NCBI GenBank assembly: GCA_964035545.1
Contig: OZ037771.1
Coordinates: 1,251,628 to 1,315,627, forward strand
Length of the DNA: 64,000 nt
Reading direction: 5' to 3'
From: Bugula neritina
Lineage: Eukaryota; Animalia; Bryozoa
The notes under the pieces: model-generated
Database searches by the model: none
Told to the model about the DNA's origin: nothing
What the model saw: the letters and a program-made list of their open reading frames with translations, nothing else
Position numbers and translations under genes: made by a program
In this document: positions 1 through 13,432 of the stretch, in pieces
Position numbering within the stretch: the first letter of the stretch is position 1
Layout: every line of letters begins with the position of its first letter

Positions 1-303
1 CTGATAGTTTCCTATATATTTTAATCTTCAACATCACAGCTATTAGTTAGGGTGCCTATATTGTTTATTCTCAAAATGCAATAAATACAAATTATAAACT
101 AAATAAGTTTAAAGTTTTTTATCAGATAAACTTATAGCTGATGCACTCAGTTTAGAGAGATATTTTGAGTAAGGTGCAGGTACTGTCCTATGATCAGTTA
201 GGAAACCAAATTGAAAAAACTGATACTATATTATAATAAACTAGGTTGTCAATTTCTCTCCTACTAAAAGTAATCATTAAACAGTGACCCATTTATATTA
301 CAG

Positions 304-3300
304 GATGAGCAGCACAACATATCATCTGATATAACAGGATGGATACTAGGAATATACTCTCTGGTTCAACTCATCATGTTTCCAGTCTTTGGAAAGTTGG
401 TTAGTTTTATACAATTTATTTATTCGATAATAATTTTTTGTATATTTATATTTTCTTTTATATTATTTGTTTATTATCATAAAAAACTCACGCAAGTTTA
501 TAGTCACTATCCGTGTGAGAAACCCCTGATGGAAGGAGTTTTTGTTAAAGCGGGCTAAGGACAATTATTTGAATGAGGCACAGGAGCAATTATGACTGGA
601 TGCTTTTCCTAACATCACCAATGGCCTTTGTCCGGGCTCGAACTCATGACCTTCGTGCTTACTAGACAAACGCTCTAACCCCTAGACCACGGCTGCTCAC
701 TATTTGTTTATTATTATAATTTTCTTAGTTATTACTACTACAGATCCATCGCATTGGTGTTCGGCGAACCCTTCTGATTGGTCAGATAACTTGTGGAGTA
801 TTTGTGATAACATTTGGTCTACTAGAATATCTCCCAGTACCAGATCCTACAGAGAACTCTATGGATGTGACTTACTTAGTTCTAGCTATAGTCTTGCGTA
901 TTCTACAAGCTCTGGGAGCATCTGCTTATGGAATGGCGGCCATGACACTTTTGACGTCTGCATTCCCGGACGACACTGTCGTTATGTTGGTGAGAATTTT
1001 TCTATCAAATTTTATGTACCAGATTATATTTGTATAATAATTTGTTTTTATATCAAGTTGTAATATGATTCAGGGTTATGGAGAGGTGGCTATTGGATTA
1101 GGTCTGACTATTGGACCAGCTCTTGGAAGTCTTCTATACAAGGTGAGATTCAGGAAAACTATTCTTGTTTCTGTTGACTGATTCCTGTCTTGTTGCATAT
1201 TTTCTGAGCTTAACTTCTGTATTCTCTTTTGGTAAGTGATGATGTATTTGTTCACAAATCAGATCACCAGCTCCTACCAATTCAGTAGAAATACTGTTGC
1301 CTGACAATTCATACAGCTATGTGACAGGTAATGCCCTGGGATCAACATTTTATTTGTGATATACTTTGACTAATACCATCATAATGCAATATATTCTATT
1401 TTTTTAACTTGTTTTTAATACAAACAATATAATACTGGTAGATTCCACACATCTAAGCATCTTCTATTTTTGCTGTAGCTCGGTGGATTCATGATGGTGT
1501 TTTCTGGAATTGGTGGATTGATTTTGGTAATCTTTGTGATATCCTTTTTCATTTTACCTGCAGATGGTAAGTTTATACACAATATTTTACCTGCAGACAG
1601 CAAGTTTATATAATAATTATCATAACTCACTTTAAGTATATATTTATATATATATATCCACTATCATAATCTCGAATATTTTCCAATCACTGTTTATTTG
1701 AAGATTATGCCAAAAAAGAGGATGAAAAAGCAAACTGGACACTTAAAGAGATCCTAACACATCCTAATGTCTTACTCTCTGTGATTCTAATAACTTTCTT
1801 TGGAATGTTGTGTACCATGAACAACCCTATTCTGGAGCCAGAACTACGCGCTAAAGTATGAGATTTGGGATCTTCTAGTAAACTAGTGCACATTGTTATA
1901 CATGGTTATGTTCTGGGCCATGTTGAAAGTCAAATGACCAACACAAGTCATTTTCTAATAGTTGAATAAATCTACAGTCTAAGCCCTAAGGTGCCTTATT
2001 AACTTTATGCACACATGCCAGTGTCTATGTACAATATGCTGTGAAAGCTTATAGTTATGTCTTAAATTTGTTAGACTTGGAAAGCAACACACTAAATAAA
2101 CATCTCAAACCATGATTTGTTTTGATTTCATACAGTTTGGACTGACACAGGATGAGAGCTCTTTAGTCTTTCTCTGTATCCCAATCTGTTATTTGATCTC
2201 AGCTCCAATTGCCACACACCTTAGAAAAAAGTTTGTGAGTATTTGATTTGATATTTTCACTTAGAAGCTATTTTTAATCTAAAACTTAAACTTGCATATA
2301 CAGTATAAGCTGCTATATCTAGGAGCACACAACTCTTAGGAGGGTTACTATCTCGCACCAGGGATTTATAGTATAGTATTTATGTATCGATTGGAGATCC
2401 AAAAGGAAACTTGAAGTTCTCCAAGCACAAAATTAAAAGTTTTGGGACCATTTTAATTCGAAGGACTGAATCTAAATAAGTGCAGTTTTTAACTTTCAAC
2501 TGTTACAGAAAGAGATTGACAATTTGTATTTCATGGCAGGAGATTTTCTTTTGGGAGTAGCAGCTTTCATTTTCATGGGACCATCACCTATCTTTCCTGG
2601 ACTTCAGAGGTAGATTATTCTAATAGTATAGTGTGTACCTATATATGTACCTATTTGTATACCTGTATGTTTACCTGTATGTTTACCTGTATGTATACCT
2701 GTATGTTTACCTGTATGTATATCTGTATGTTTACCTGTATGTTTACCTGTATGTGTACCTGTATGTATACCTGTATGTATACCTGTATGTGTACCTGTAT
2801 GTATACCTGTATGTATACCTGTAAGTGCATATGTATGTGTGTATATGCGCATGGGTGTGTGCGTGCGTGCGCGTGTGTGTGTCCAACCAAATTGAAGCTA
2901 AATAAACAAGCTGATGAATTTAGTTTTCTATTTATTTAAAATAAAATAAATATCAAGCCTTGTACTTAAAAAGTTTATTTTGTAGTTTACTAATACATTC
3001 AACTGTTTAAATTAATAGAAAACAAACCGATAGAATGAGAATTGTGAAATGCTGTAAAAATGTGATTGAAGCAGCCATTTTGTATTTGTAGGCCCCTGTG
3101 GTTATTCATAGTAACTTTGGCTCTACAGGGTGTGTCTAGTGAAGCTGGAGCTATCTTTACCCTGGATTTAGCTTTCACTCCTATGAACAGGTAAGGAAGT
3201 CAACTATAATAATTATATCTATTTGGCTTTACATGTAAAAGTTAAAAAATGGCATATTTGTCTGCAAAGTTTTCTCCTTTATTTCCTCTTTCATGAATGC

Positions 3301-3987
3301 TCTTGCTTATATTAACATATCACATTGTTAGTTATATGGCAAAGTTGTACAGTATTCATTAACATTACAAATGGCTGGTTATTGACTCTATTTTTTTAAG
3401 AATTGACATATACTACATAAATATTGACCCATGCACTTTGCACTGTATTTACAGTAACAGATAATATAGTCTACAGTGTGTGCATTGAAATACTCAGAAA
3501 CAAAACCTGGCCGAGTATACTACTTTAATTTTATGTAAAATGGCTGTAATTACTTTAATGAACTTATATGACACCCCATAGTTTATCTGATTTCATATTC
3601 ACACAGGGGAAGTGGACCAACAAGAGAGATGAATTCCGCAACGCAAGCCTTAGTGTCTGGTATTTGGTTGACTATGCTATCATTTGGGTGAGTAGCTTTT
3701 TTTTGTTCATATACATCAAAATATGTTTTGTATTATGTATCATTGCATACAAGTTTTCAAGAATTGTGTTTTTTTAAAAGTTTCATTGTTTTTTTTTTTG
3801 TAGAACTTTCCTTTCTCCGATACTGTCTGGCATCTTCATAGAAAAGATGAGTTATGGGTGGACAACTACAATATATGGAGTCATGTGTCTAGTACTAGCT
3901 GTAATAGTATTACTTATACAACTCTATAGAATTATTAGGAATCACTATGGAAAATTAGACTCTGAGAATAAACCTCTGCTGAAATAA
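304..3987 (+). CDS. MFS transporter, SLC18B1-like, tandem copy A (5'-partial; first coding exon not found in window)
   Basis: Exons 304-399, 744-989, 1074-1142, 1479-1566, 1704-1855, 2136-2234, 2509-2609, 3092-3190, 3607-3687, 3804-3987 (TAA); all GT-AG, phases consistent, sizes identical to copies B and C. Motif A-like FGKLIHRIGVRR, motif C GLGLTIGPALGSLLYKLGGF, ATQALVSGIW; ends SENKPLLK*. Confidence 0.9.
478..700 (-). mobile_element. tRNA-derived SINE, family 1 (tRNA-Thr(AGT)-like head)
   Basis: Minus strand GCAGCCGTGGTCTAGGGGTTAGAGCGTTTGTCTAGTAAGCACGAAGGTCATGAGTTCGAGCC has A and B boxes; flanked by the 14-bp direct repeat TATTTGTTTATTAT (464-477, 701-714); absent from the homologous intron of copy B; three more copies in the window. 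Confidence 0.9.
2628..2882. repeat. 12-nt minisatellite (TGTATGTWTACC)n followed by a TG/CG tract
   Basis: Visible tandem array in the intron after exon 2509-2609; source of the spurious MYTC/VYLY ORFs. Confidence 0.95.
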
Positions 3988-5269
3988 AATTATAATATTT
4001 TTAAAGTTATAAGTCTTTCTCCCACCTTATTTATAGATTTTATTGTTTTCAAATTTATGTGTTAGATTTGTTTTTTAAATAACTAATAAAGACATGCACA
4101 AAGTATTACATGCAGCTGTTACATTTGAATTTAACTGCCATTATCACTGAATATTCAAATATGTTGCTAAGAGAAACTCTGGGGCTTGACTCAATTAAAA
4201 CTTAGAGATACTACATTAAGGGCTACATTGCTAAGGGGAGGGGGGTTGAAACTCCTTACTGTAAGAAATAAAGTATACAGTCAGTCAGTATTGTTGACTA
4301 TACGTTGTTTAGAATTACTTATTCCATATTTCATTGAGTTTCTAATCTGATCAATGACCTCTTAATGTATTTAAACACAATAAATTACGTTTTACTGCAG
4401 ATCTCTACTCACTTGAAATATGCAGCACTTGTTTAGACACAACTTTCAACAACTCGTGCTTCTTTCAGGGAATAGAAATAAATGATAAAATGATAGCCTA
4501 CAGCTTTATGATAAAATCAATGTTGTCATTGATCAGTTAGCTACTTGTATAGTAGGATATAGCAGCGCTGATCTGTTTAAATTTACAGTAATAGGGAAGA
4601 CAACTACAATTTTAAAATTAGAGCAATTACAACAGTAAAAGTGAACATGGGTTAAAAAAATACAAATGAAGTATGAAACATGCTAAATAAGAAATCAACT
4701 GCGTGAGAATTAGTTTAGAAACCTCCATCTTTGTCAATCCAACAGAATTCCTTTCAATATCTGTATAAATAAAACTCTAAATGCTGGAGAGAAAAAGGAG
4801 AAATGCCAAAATACTTTCAGCATTTCAAACATAACATCACGCCAGTTCCTTCTAGAAATCACTGGATCCGGTTTCATCATACAGCTTACCAATATAAACA
4901 TGTGACCACAACCAGATAGTTCTGCTTGTAACTACCACCAGCTTTCTCTTTAACAGCAAGTATAGTATCCAGTTTGAGTGAGAAAACCAGTTTACTCTTC
5001 ATATGCTAAACTATCATTGGTCAAACAAGCAGGGCTCTCACAAATAAAAGACAGGTAAGGCAGAAGATGCTGCATTCAGTTCTCCTCGATTGAATGTAGA
5101 TGTTCATGATTTATAATTCGGCTTTAGAGTTGAGATATTTCTATAGATTCATATCAGGTTTGTAATTCATAATAACAATAGACTGACTACCAACTGCAAT
5201 ATATACTTTATAACTGTTGAGTGTAGATACAGGGTGGTTTATATACTTTGTTGGCTTGTTTACTGTAGG

Positions 5270-8200
5270 ATGGAGAAAGACAACTCCTGTAGTACAAGTC
5301 TAGCAGAAAATGGTGTGAGTCATAAGTTATACTTAAAAGATGAACGCAAGAAAAAGAAATCATTTGCTAAAAAGCAGGCGTCAATATTTTTTGTTGCATT
5401 TATTTCGGACCTCTTTTCGTTCTCAGCCGCATCACTTCCAGCTCCATTTTTACCTGCTTTGGTAAGTTTGGATTTTTACCTGCATTAATTAGTAAGTTTG
5501 AAATAATACAGTCAAGTTTTATCTAAGTTTATGCTACAGTATTCCAGCTTTTAGTGAAAGCTTTCTCCAATTGTTAATTATTTCATAACTGCAACTTCTC
5601 ATCCACATTTTGAAAATTTCTTTTGTTATTTTTGCAGCTTGCAAAAGTTATGAGGTCTGATAAAAAAGTCTGATTAATGTTTCATTACATGCAATTGATA
5701 TCTGCAATTAAATGTCACAATTTTTCAAGTCAAATAAAGTTCTAGTTCAAGCAAAACTAGCTTTACCAGCCTGCGAACTATTACAAGCTATGACATGTGG
5801 CTATTTATTTATAAGAGAAAGTAGCTGAGGTTGAGAGTTAGGCTAGTTACTAGTACATGATGTTTGCTCATGCCTTTGGTGATGTCAGGCATCTGGTATT
5901 CATTGCTGGAATTCTCACTTAAACTGCATGCCATAACACTTCATCTCCCACATGGTACTTCAGAGCTGGTGCTGGTAGGGGGACTTTCCTTGTCAGTCTA
6001 CAACTTTCAGCATTCACGTCTGCACTTTTAATTATTTGTTACAGGATGAGCAGCACAACATTTCCTCTGATATAACAGGATGGATACTAGGATTATACTC
6101 TCTGGTTCAACTCATCATGTTTCCAGTCTTTGGAAAGTTGGTTAGTTTTATACCATTTATTTACTTAATAATATTTTTTTGTATATTTATATTTTCTCTA
6201 TTATCTTTTTTTATCATAATTTTCTTTATTATTTTTACTACTACAGATCCATCGTGTTGGCGTTCGGCGAACCCTTCTTATTGGTCAGATCACTTGTGGA
6301 ATATTTCTGATAACATTTGGTCTACTAGAATATCTCCCAGTACCAGATCCTACAGACAACTCTATAGATGTGACTTACTTAGTTCTAGCTATAGTCATGC
6401 GTATTCTACAAGCTCTGGGAGCGTCCGCTTTTGCTACGGCGGCCATGACACTTTTGACGTCTGCATTCCCTGATGACACTGTCGTCATGTTGGTGAGAAT
6501 TTTTCTATCAAATTTTATGTACCAGATAATATTTGTATAATAATTTGTTTATATCAAGTTGTAATATGATTCAGGGTTATGGAGAGATGGCTATTGGATT
6601 AGGTCTTACTATTGGACCAGCTCTTGGAAGTCTTCTATACAAGGTGAGATTCAGCAAGATCACTCTCACTTCTGCTGTAGTTTCCTTATAATTATTATTT
6701 GTTTGATGCTTCTGGCAGCAATGATGATAAAATTATTCCAGGCGTTGGTCCAGCACCTGAGGGATAATTTATCATTTATATTACATTTAGCCTATGACAC
6801 CATTACCACATACAATGCATATTCCCTCTAGATGTATTAGATGTATTATATGATTTCCCCTCATCTAAGCCGTTTGTATTCCTACTGTAGCTTGGTGGAT
6901 TCATGACGGTGTTTGGTGGAGTTGGGGGTCTAATCTTGTTGACTTTTCTTATATCTTTTCTCATTTTGCCTGCAGATAGTAAGTCTATATCTAGCATGTT
7001 ACCTGTAGATAGTAAGTTTATATCTATCATTTTACCTGCAGATAGTAACTCTATACCTAATATTTTACCTGCAGATAGTAATTGTTTATATTTAATACTT
7101 TACCTGCAAATATTCTATAATCTATAATTTATGTTTTCCTTAATGGTGTGCATTCGAATACATGCCTCTATTGTTGATTCATTTAAAGATTATGCCAAAA
7201 GAGAAGACGAAAAAGCAAACTGGACTTTAAGGGAAATACTGACACACCCTAATATCTTACTTTCTGCCATTTTAACGACTTTTTTTGGAATTTTCTGCAC
7301 TATGAATAACCCTCTACTGGAGCCAGAACTACGGGCTGAGGTAACTTATTAACTTCATGTATACTTGACAATGTCTATGTGCAAAATGTTAGGAAAGTTA
7401 TTATTGTCCAAGCTATTCAAAACCATAGTACACAGAGTATAACGATTGTATTTAATTTTATGCAGTTTGGACTGACACAAGACAAAAGTTCTTTAGTCTT
7501 TCTCTGTACTCCAGTCTTCTTCCTAGTCTCAGCTCCAATTGCCACACACCTTAGAAAAAAGTTTGTGAGTATTTAAAGTGATCTTTCTATTTAAATGTTG
7601 TCAGTTCAAGACTATCTTTCCATATACAGCATAGCTGTCTGTGCAATAAATGTTCACAGACAGGTAGAAGTCATTTAAGTTTTAAGTCAGTTGAGTCTGA
7701 GTTACTGAACTCTGATGTGTGTACTTTAACTTCCAACTGTTACAGAAAGAGATTGACAGTTTGTATTTCATGGCAGGAGACTTTCTTTTGGGAGTAGCAG
7801 CTTTCATTTTCATGGGGCCATCACCTATCTTTCCTGGACTTCAGAGGTAAATTATTTTAATAGTATAGTGTGAACCTATATATGTACCTATATGTATACC
7901 TGTATGTATACCTGTATGTGTACCTGTATGTTTACCTGTATGTGTACCTGTATGCATACCTGTATGTATACCTGTATGTGTACTTGTATGCATACCTGTA
8001 TGTGTACTTGTATGTGTACCTGTATGTTTACCTGTATGTTTACCTGTATGTATACCTATATGTATACCTGTATGTTTACCTGTATGTTTACCTGTATGTT
8101 TACCTGTATGCATACCTGTATGTATACTTGTATGTTTACCTGTGTGTGTACCTGTATGTGTACCTGTATGTATACCTATATGTATACCTGTATGTTTACC

Positions 8201-10094
8201 TGTATGTTTACCTGTATGTATACCTGTATGTTTACCTGTATGTGTGTGAGTGTGTGTGTGTCTAGATTAAGATGTGTTAACATGACATACTAACAAGTTA
8301 AACTGATTTTATAAGGAAATTATAATAAAATAGTTGATTAAATTGAAGTTGGGTAATTAATTGACTTTCTAGTAAATAATGACCAAAACTTAAAATCAGT
8401 TCAAAATGTGTGCAAGCTTCGCTCTTAGGGGTCACATTGTATGTCCTGATTCTAAAAATGTGTAGGAAAAGGGCTGAACGAGAGTCCTACAACAATAGAT
8501 CGCAAATGACAATGTCATTGCCATATTGCCAAATCAGAATGCGATTATGGACTGTGGTTGGAACAGCAACGCACTCTTCTTGAAAGATATTTAGCTTTTA
8601 TTATGGCTACCAGGTGAAACCATTGGTATAGTTTGCATCTCCTTTGAACCATTAAAAACTGCACTATTTGTCAGTTGTGGACTTACAAAATTATGCTGAC
8701 TAAATTTCTTTTAAAATAGTTAAATGCGGTTCACAGTGATAGATGCAAAAACTGAATTAATAATTCAACAAAAAAATAGAAAATTTACCAATTTTAGAAA
8801 GAATAACTAAGTAAATTTGGTTTTACTTGTTAACACTTTATTGGTTTTTTAGGCAACAAACATGTAAATTAACAACCATACTTTTATAAATAACGCAAAA
8901 AGTATTTAAAATATTTAGTGAGTAAAGAAATCAAGATGTTAATGTGAATAAATAAACTGATGTATTTTATATTATATTTATCAAACAAAATAAAATGAAA
9001 GCCTAAAATCAACTTCTAAAAATATTTTTTATAAAAGGAGCTATTTATTTAGTTTATTATCAAATTGAAATTTTTAATTAAAGTAAAAATTGGTCATATT
9101 ATGTAAAATTGTGATTGGAGCAGCCATTTTGTATTTGTAGGCCCCTGTGGTTATTCATAGTGACCTTGGCCCTTCAGGGGTTATTTGCTGAGGCAGGAGT
9201 TATCTTCACCTTGGAATTAACCTTCATTCCTATGAACACGTAATAATTATAATAATCATATTCATCTAGTTTATATATGCAAACTTTTTTTTAAAAAATA
9301 GGCATGAATGGTATTTACAGAATGCTCTTTTCTATCTATTTATACTTCCACAGGCCGTTTCACAATGATCATATTATATCCTTTATTATAGAATATCTCG
9401 CTAAACTGTTATTGGCACTATACGGTTGTTGTTATTAAAATGACAAATTATTATTATTCTTTTAAGGTATTAGTTTTTGGTATTGTTCAAACAGTAATAG
9501 TTACAGTAATAGAAAATACAACTTTCAAAGTTTGCATTAAAATAATCACTAAGCAAGCTTGTATAGGGACTTAATATCATGTAAAAGAGAGGTCATGCTG
9601 ACATACTCTCATAAACCTTAACATTACAGAACAAATCATATCCACTTTCATACTAACATACATCTATAAACTATAGAGACATTATATTCAATTTGCAGAG
9701 GAAGAGGACCAACAAGGGAGATGAATACTGCAACACAAGCCTTAGTATCTGGTATTTGGTTGACTACCTTTGCTTTTGGGTGAGTTATAGATAAGTTTCT
9801 ATTTTAATAGACTATACTATCATGTATTGAATTGGCTTATTGTTGCTTGGACTATTAGATGCTTTTGAGAAATTTGGTTTCAAATAATTCCGCTGTTAAT
9901 CTTTTTGTAGAAGCTTCCTTTCTCCGATACTGTCTGGTATGTTCATAGAAAAGATGAGTTATGGGTGGACAACTACAATATATGGAGTCATGTGTCTAAT
10001 ACTAGCTGTAATAGTATTACTCATACAACTCTATAGAGTTATTAGAAATCACTACGGAAAAGTTGGCTCTGAGAGTAAGCCTCTGCTGAATTAG
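5270..10094 (+). CDS. MFS transporter, SLC18B1-like, tandem copy B (468 aa)
   Basis: Exons 5270-5461, 6045-6140, 6247-6492, 6575-6643, 6891-6978, 7189-7340, 7466-7564, 7746-7846, 9141-9239, 9699-9779, 9911-10094 (TAG); sum 1407 nt. LPAPFLPAL after TM1, GLGLTIGPALGS motif C; ends SESKPLLN*. Confidence 0.9.
6962..7110 (+). repeat. 33-nt tandem repeat of an exon end plus splice donor
   Basis: Unit ~ATTTTACCTGCAGATA|GTAAGTTTATATCTATC; GT at 6979, 7012, 7045, 7078. Confidence 0.9.
7868..8260. repeat. 12-nt minisatellite (TGTATGTWTACC)n, homologous to 2628-2822
   Basis: Same unit and same intron position as in copy A, longer array. Confidence 0.95.
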
Positions 10095-10371
10095 CATATT
10101 ATTATTCAACAACACTTTATGGACTAACTATTTTGTTTATCGATCATCTCATGAAATTTATTTTATCTATTAATGACTGTGCTAACTAATATATAAATTA
10201 TATAAAATTAAACATTATATCTTATTATAAAATATAAACTTAAATTTGCCTCATTCCTGTTTTCTTTACTGATCTATAATGGTTCTGCCAACGTGTACAA
10301 TAATGAGTTACATGCACATAGTTTACATGAAACAGTTATTTTGTGTTCATTTAACAGCTTTTATTGTTAGA

Positions 10372-10584
10372 GATGCAGAGTTGGTCTAGGGATTAGAGCA
10401 TTTGCTTAATAAGCAATGTTCATGGGCTCAAACCCAGACAAAGGCCATTGGTGATGTTAGGAAGAGAATCCAGTCTTAATTGCTCCTGTGCCTTATCTGA
10501 ATAAGTCCTTAGCAGCTTAGCTGATTTAACAAAAAAACCCTATTCACCAGGGGTTTCTCACAGGAATGGCAACTAGTTTTTTTG
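10372..10584 (+). mobile_element. tRNA-derived SINE, family 1 (diverged)
   Basis: TGGTCTAGGGATTAGAGC...GGCCATTGGTGATGTTAGGAAGAGAATCCAGTCTTAATTGCTCCTGTGCC...CAGGGGTTTCTCACA matches the reverse complement of 478-700. Confidence 0.88.
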
Positions 10585-12894
10585 TATTTTGCATGATGTA
10601 GGAATACCTAAACATTCAAATAAATCATTAATCTTACATAATGCACTCATAATAAAAATACTTGGATAATTTAATCATTCTTTAATTTTTTACAATGTAA
10701 AGGAGAAAAATATCTAAACTCTGTGAATTGTATTTAAGTTTCACAATAAAACCCATGACAGATTCCAGTTTGAAGTGACATTACTCAATATCTAAGAGTA
10801 GCCACATAGAAGCCAGGCACAATACAAGCATTTGCCAATTAACATAGCTTTGTATGAATACGCATTTTTTCATAATGATTAATCTTGAATAAAACTCTAT
10901 TTTTTGTGCAAATTGTTAGTCAACTTATAGTTTGCTAGTAATAAAAGCAAGTTCCAGGGCAGAAGATGTTACATTTTGTCTTAGCAGGCTCAAGGATAGC
11001 TGCTTCTAGCCAAGGCAACATCTCCAGGTTAGAGCTAATGTTTAGGTTCATCAATCGTATATATTTTAAAATGTTCTTTAAAATTTTATGTCAATATTGT
11101 TCATTAGAAAGTCAATGAGGTAGAAACACATTCGAAAGCATATATTGATATTTTCATAATAACTACAACACTGGTGGCTAGTTTTTTCTTCCTATTTTAG
11201 TTTTTTTTTCAAAAAGTGTAATATAAGTGCAAAATATTATCAGTGTTGGAATATAACATACTCAGTTGATCAATAAATTATTGAGTTCAATAGTATTTAT
11301 TTCACTCCCTTCATAAATTTAGAAAGTTTGACATTAAAGTATAACGACAGTTCTACTAAAAAAAGGCAGGAAATATAAATAGATACTGAAGGAACATCTT
11401 TGTATTACAACTTCCTAAATATAAAAACTATGTTATAATATCCAATTAGAGATGAAGTTATCTTTTATTCTCCAACATTATTAAACAAAACTGAGGATGT
11501 ACATTGTACATTATTATTATATGGTTGAAAATCCAAACGTATCTTGTACTTTGATACTCAATGCATTCAAATTTTTGTAATTTCTAAAATTTTTCATTCG
11601 TGGTATAGCTTTGATCTCATTTTATGAAACACTTTATGAAACTCCTAAATTGTTTTTAAATAATATATGCAGTTTAAATAAAAATATTTTTCAACACTGA
11701 TTTTGATCTAAGACTCAGCTCTGTTGTGCAGCATAATTTGATGAAAAAAATTAATAGAAATCTGACTTAGCTTTTTAGAAATCTGATCGCTCACATTCCT
11801 AGAGTAAATACACAACTACACTGCAGTATTCACTCCACTTAGAATACAATATATTATGTATAATTTGTGTCAAATTGTATACTATTAGTAATTTCATTAA
11901 TACTCACCTGTCACCATGCAACCTGTCAGATATAAATCAAACCCTACAAACAGGTATCCAGAGACCTCTATCAATTCTCTCATAAACTAAGAAGTAGATC
12001 ACACTATGAATAAAGTCTACACTTAGGTAAGTATAACAACATCTATTACTTGCACTAAGTTATCTTTAGACAACTTTTTTAGACTTCATGCGGAAGAGCT
12101 TTTTACTACTGCATACTTTTTGAGTAAGTTATGCTTTATTATTGCAATGTACTTGTAATTGCCTATATAGTTCATATTAAAGACGAAACTCTCTGTGTAT
12201 CAGCAGGCATTGTGTATATATTTCAGTTGTTATAGTTGATTGATTTAATCAGGTTGATTGATTTCAGTTGCAAGCAGAACTCATGGCTGGAGGTGATGCT
12301 CTTCTTAACAGAAACACAATGAAATTTAAAGAAGAAAATGAAGGAGATGTGAACAAAAGTTTAAACACATTCGACAATATGACCTACATTTGTAACTTGC
12401 ATGTTGGTAATTGACCTACATTTGTAAGTTGTATGCATGTTAGCAAGTGACCTATATTTGTGAATGTCTCTTGGTCTTGATTCATAGATAGCTAAGCTTT
12501 CAGCTGTTTTAAACAATAAAAGCCAAGCTGTGCTTATAAAGCCAAAGCTGTTGTCTGATACTATTTTGTAACTGGAAGGTGGTACACTGACTGGGACAGT
12601 ATTAAGCTTGCTCAGTCTGATTGTAACTGACAGTTTGTATTTTGTAGCCATTGGATTATAAGTATCTAAGTTCTAGTTCAGTTCTAATTCATTGATTGTA
12701 GAATGAAGACTTATAAGAGCTGTAAATGCCTTTGATTTCTATATCTTTATATATAAGTTATTAGTTTGTAACAAGTGTCTATAAACCTTACGGATTACCA
12801 GCCTGATACAACTACCGGACTCATTTCCTTTAGTGGTTGTGACCTTCACCTTGTTCTGATCTCAGGATATGTAAAATCTGTACAACTTAATACC

Positions 12895-13432
12895 CTAAGG
12901 TATGCATATTTACTATACTAAGGTGTGTATATTTACTATACTAAGATGTGTATATTTACTGTACTAGGATGTGTATATTTATTATACTAGGATGTGTATA
13001 TTTACTGTACTAGGATGTGTATATTTACTATACTAAGATGTGTATATTTACTATACTAAGGTGTGTATATTTACTATACTAAGATGTGTATATTTACTAT
13101 ACTAAGGTGTGTATATTTACTATACTAAGATGTGTATATTTACTGTACTAAGGTGTGTATATTTACTATACTAAGATGTGCATATTTACTATACTAAGGT
13201 CTGTATATTTACTATACTAAGATGTGTATATCTACTGTACTAAGGTCTGTATATTTACTGTACTAAGATGTGTATATTTACTATACTAAGATGTGTATAT
13301 TTACTATACTAAGATGTGTATATTTACTATACTAAGATGTGTATATTTACTGTACTAAGATGCGTATATTAACTGTACTAAGATGTGTATATTAACTGTA
13401 CTCAGGTGTGTATATCTACTATACCAAGGCGT
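12895..13432. repeat. 23-nt minisatellite (GATGTGTATATTTACTATACTAA)n
   Basis: About 23 tandem copies visible. Confidence 0.95.

Noticed and set aside
2604-2939. ORFs with MYTC/VYLY/HTGI repeats (also 7841-8293)
   Set aside because: Translations of an intronic 12-nt minisatellite, open in several frames on both strands.
12270-12412. Exon-like short frame MAGGDALLNRNTMKFKEENEG
   Set aside because: Runs into a short tandem repeat and a stop; no partner exons or recognisable homology.
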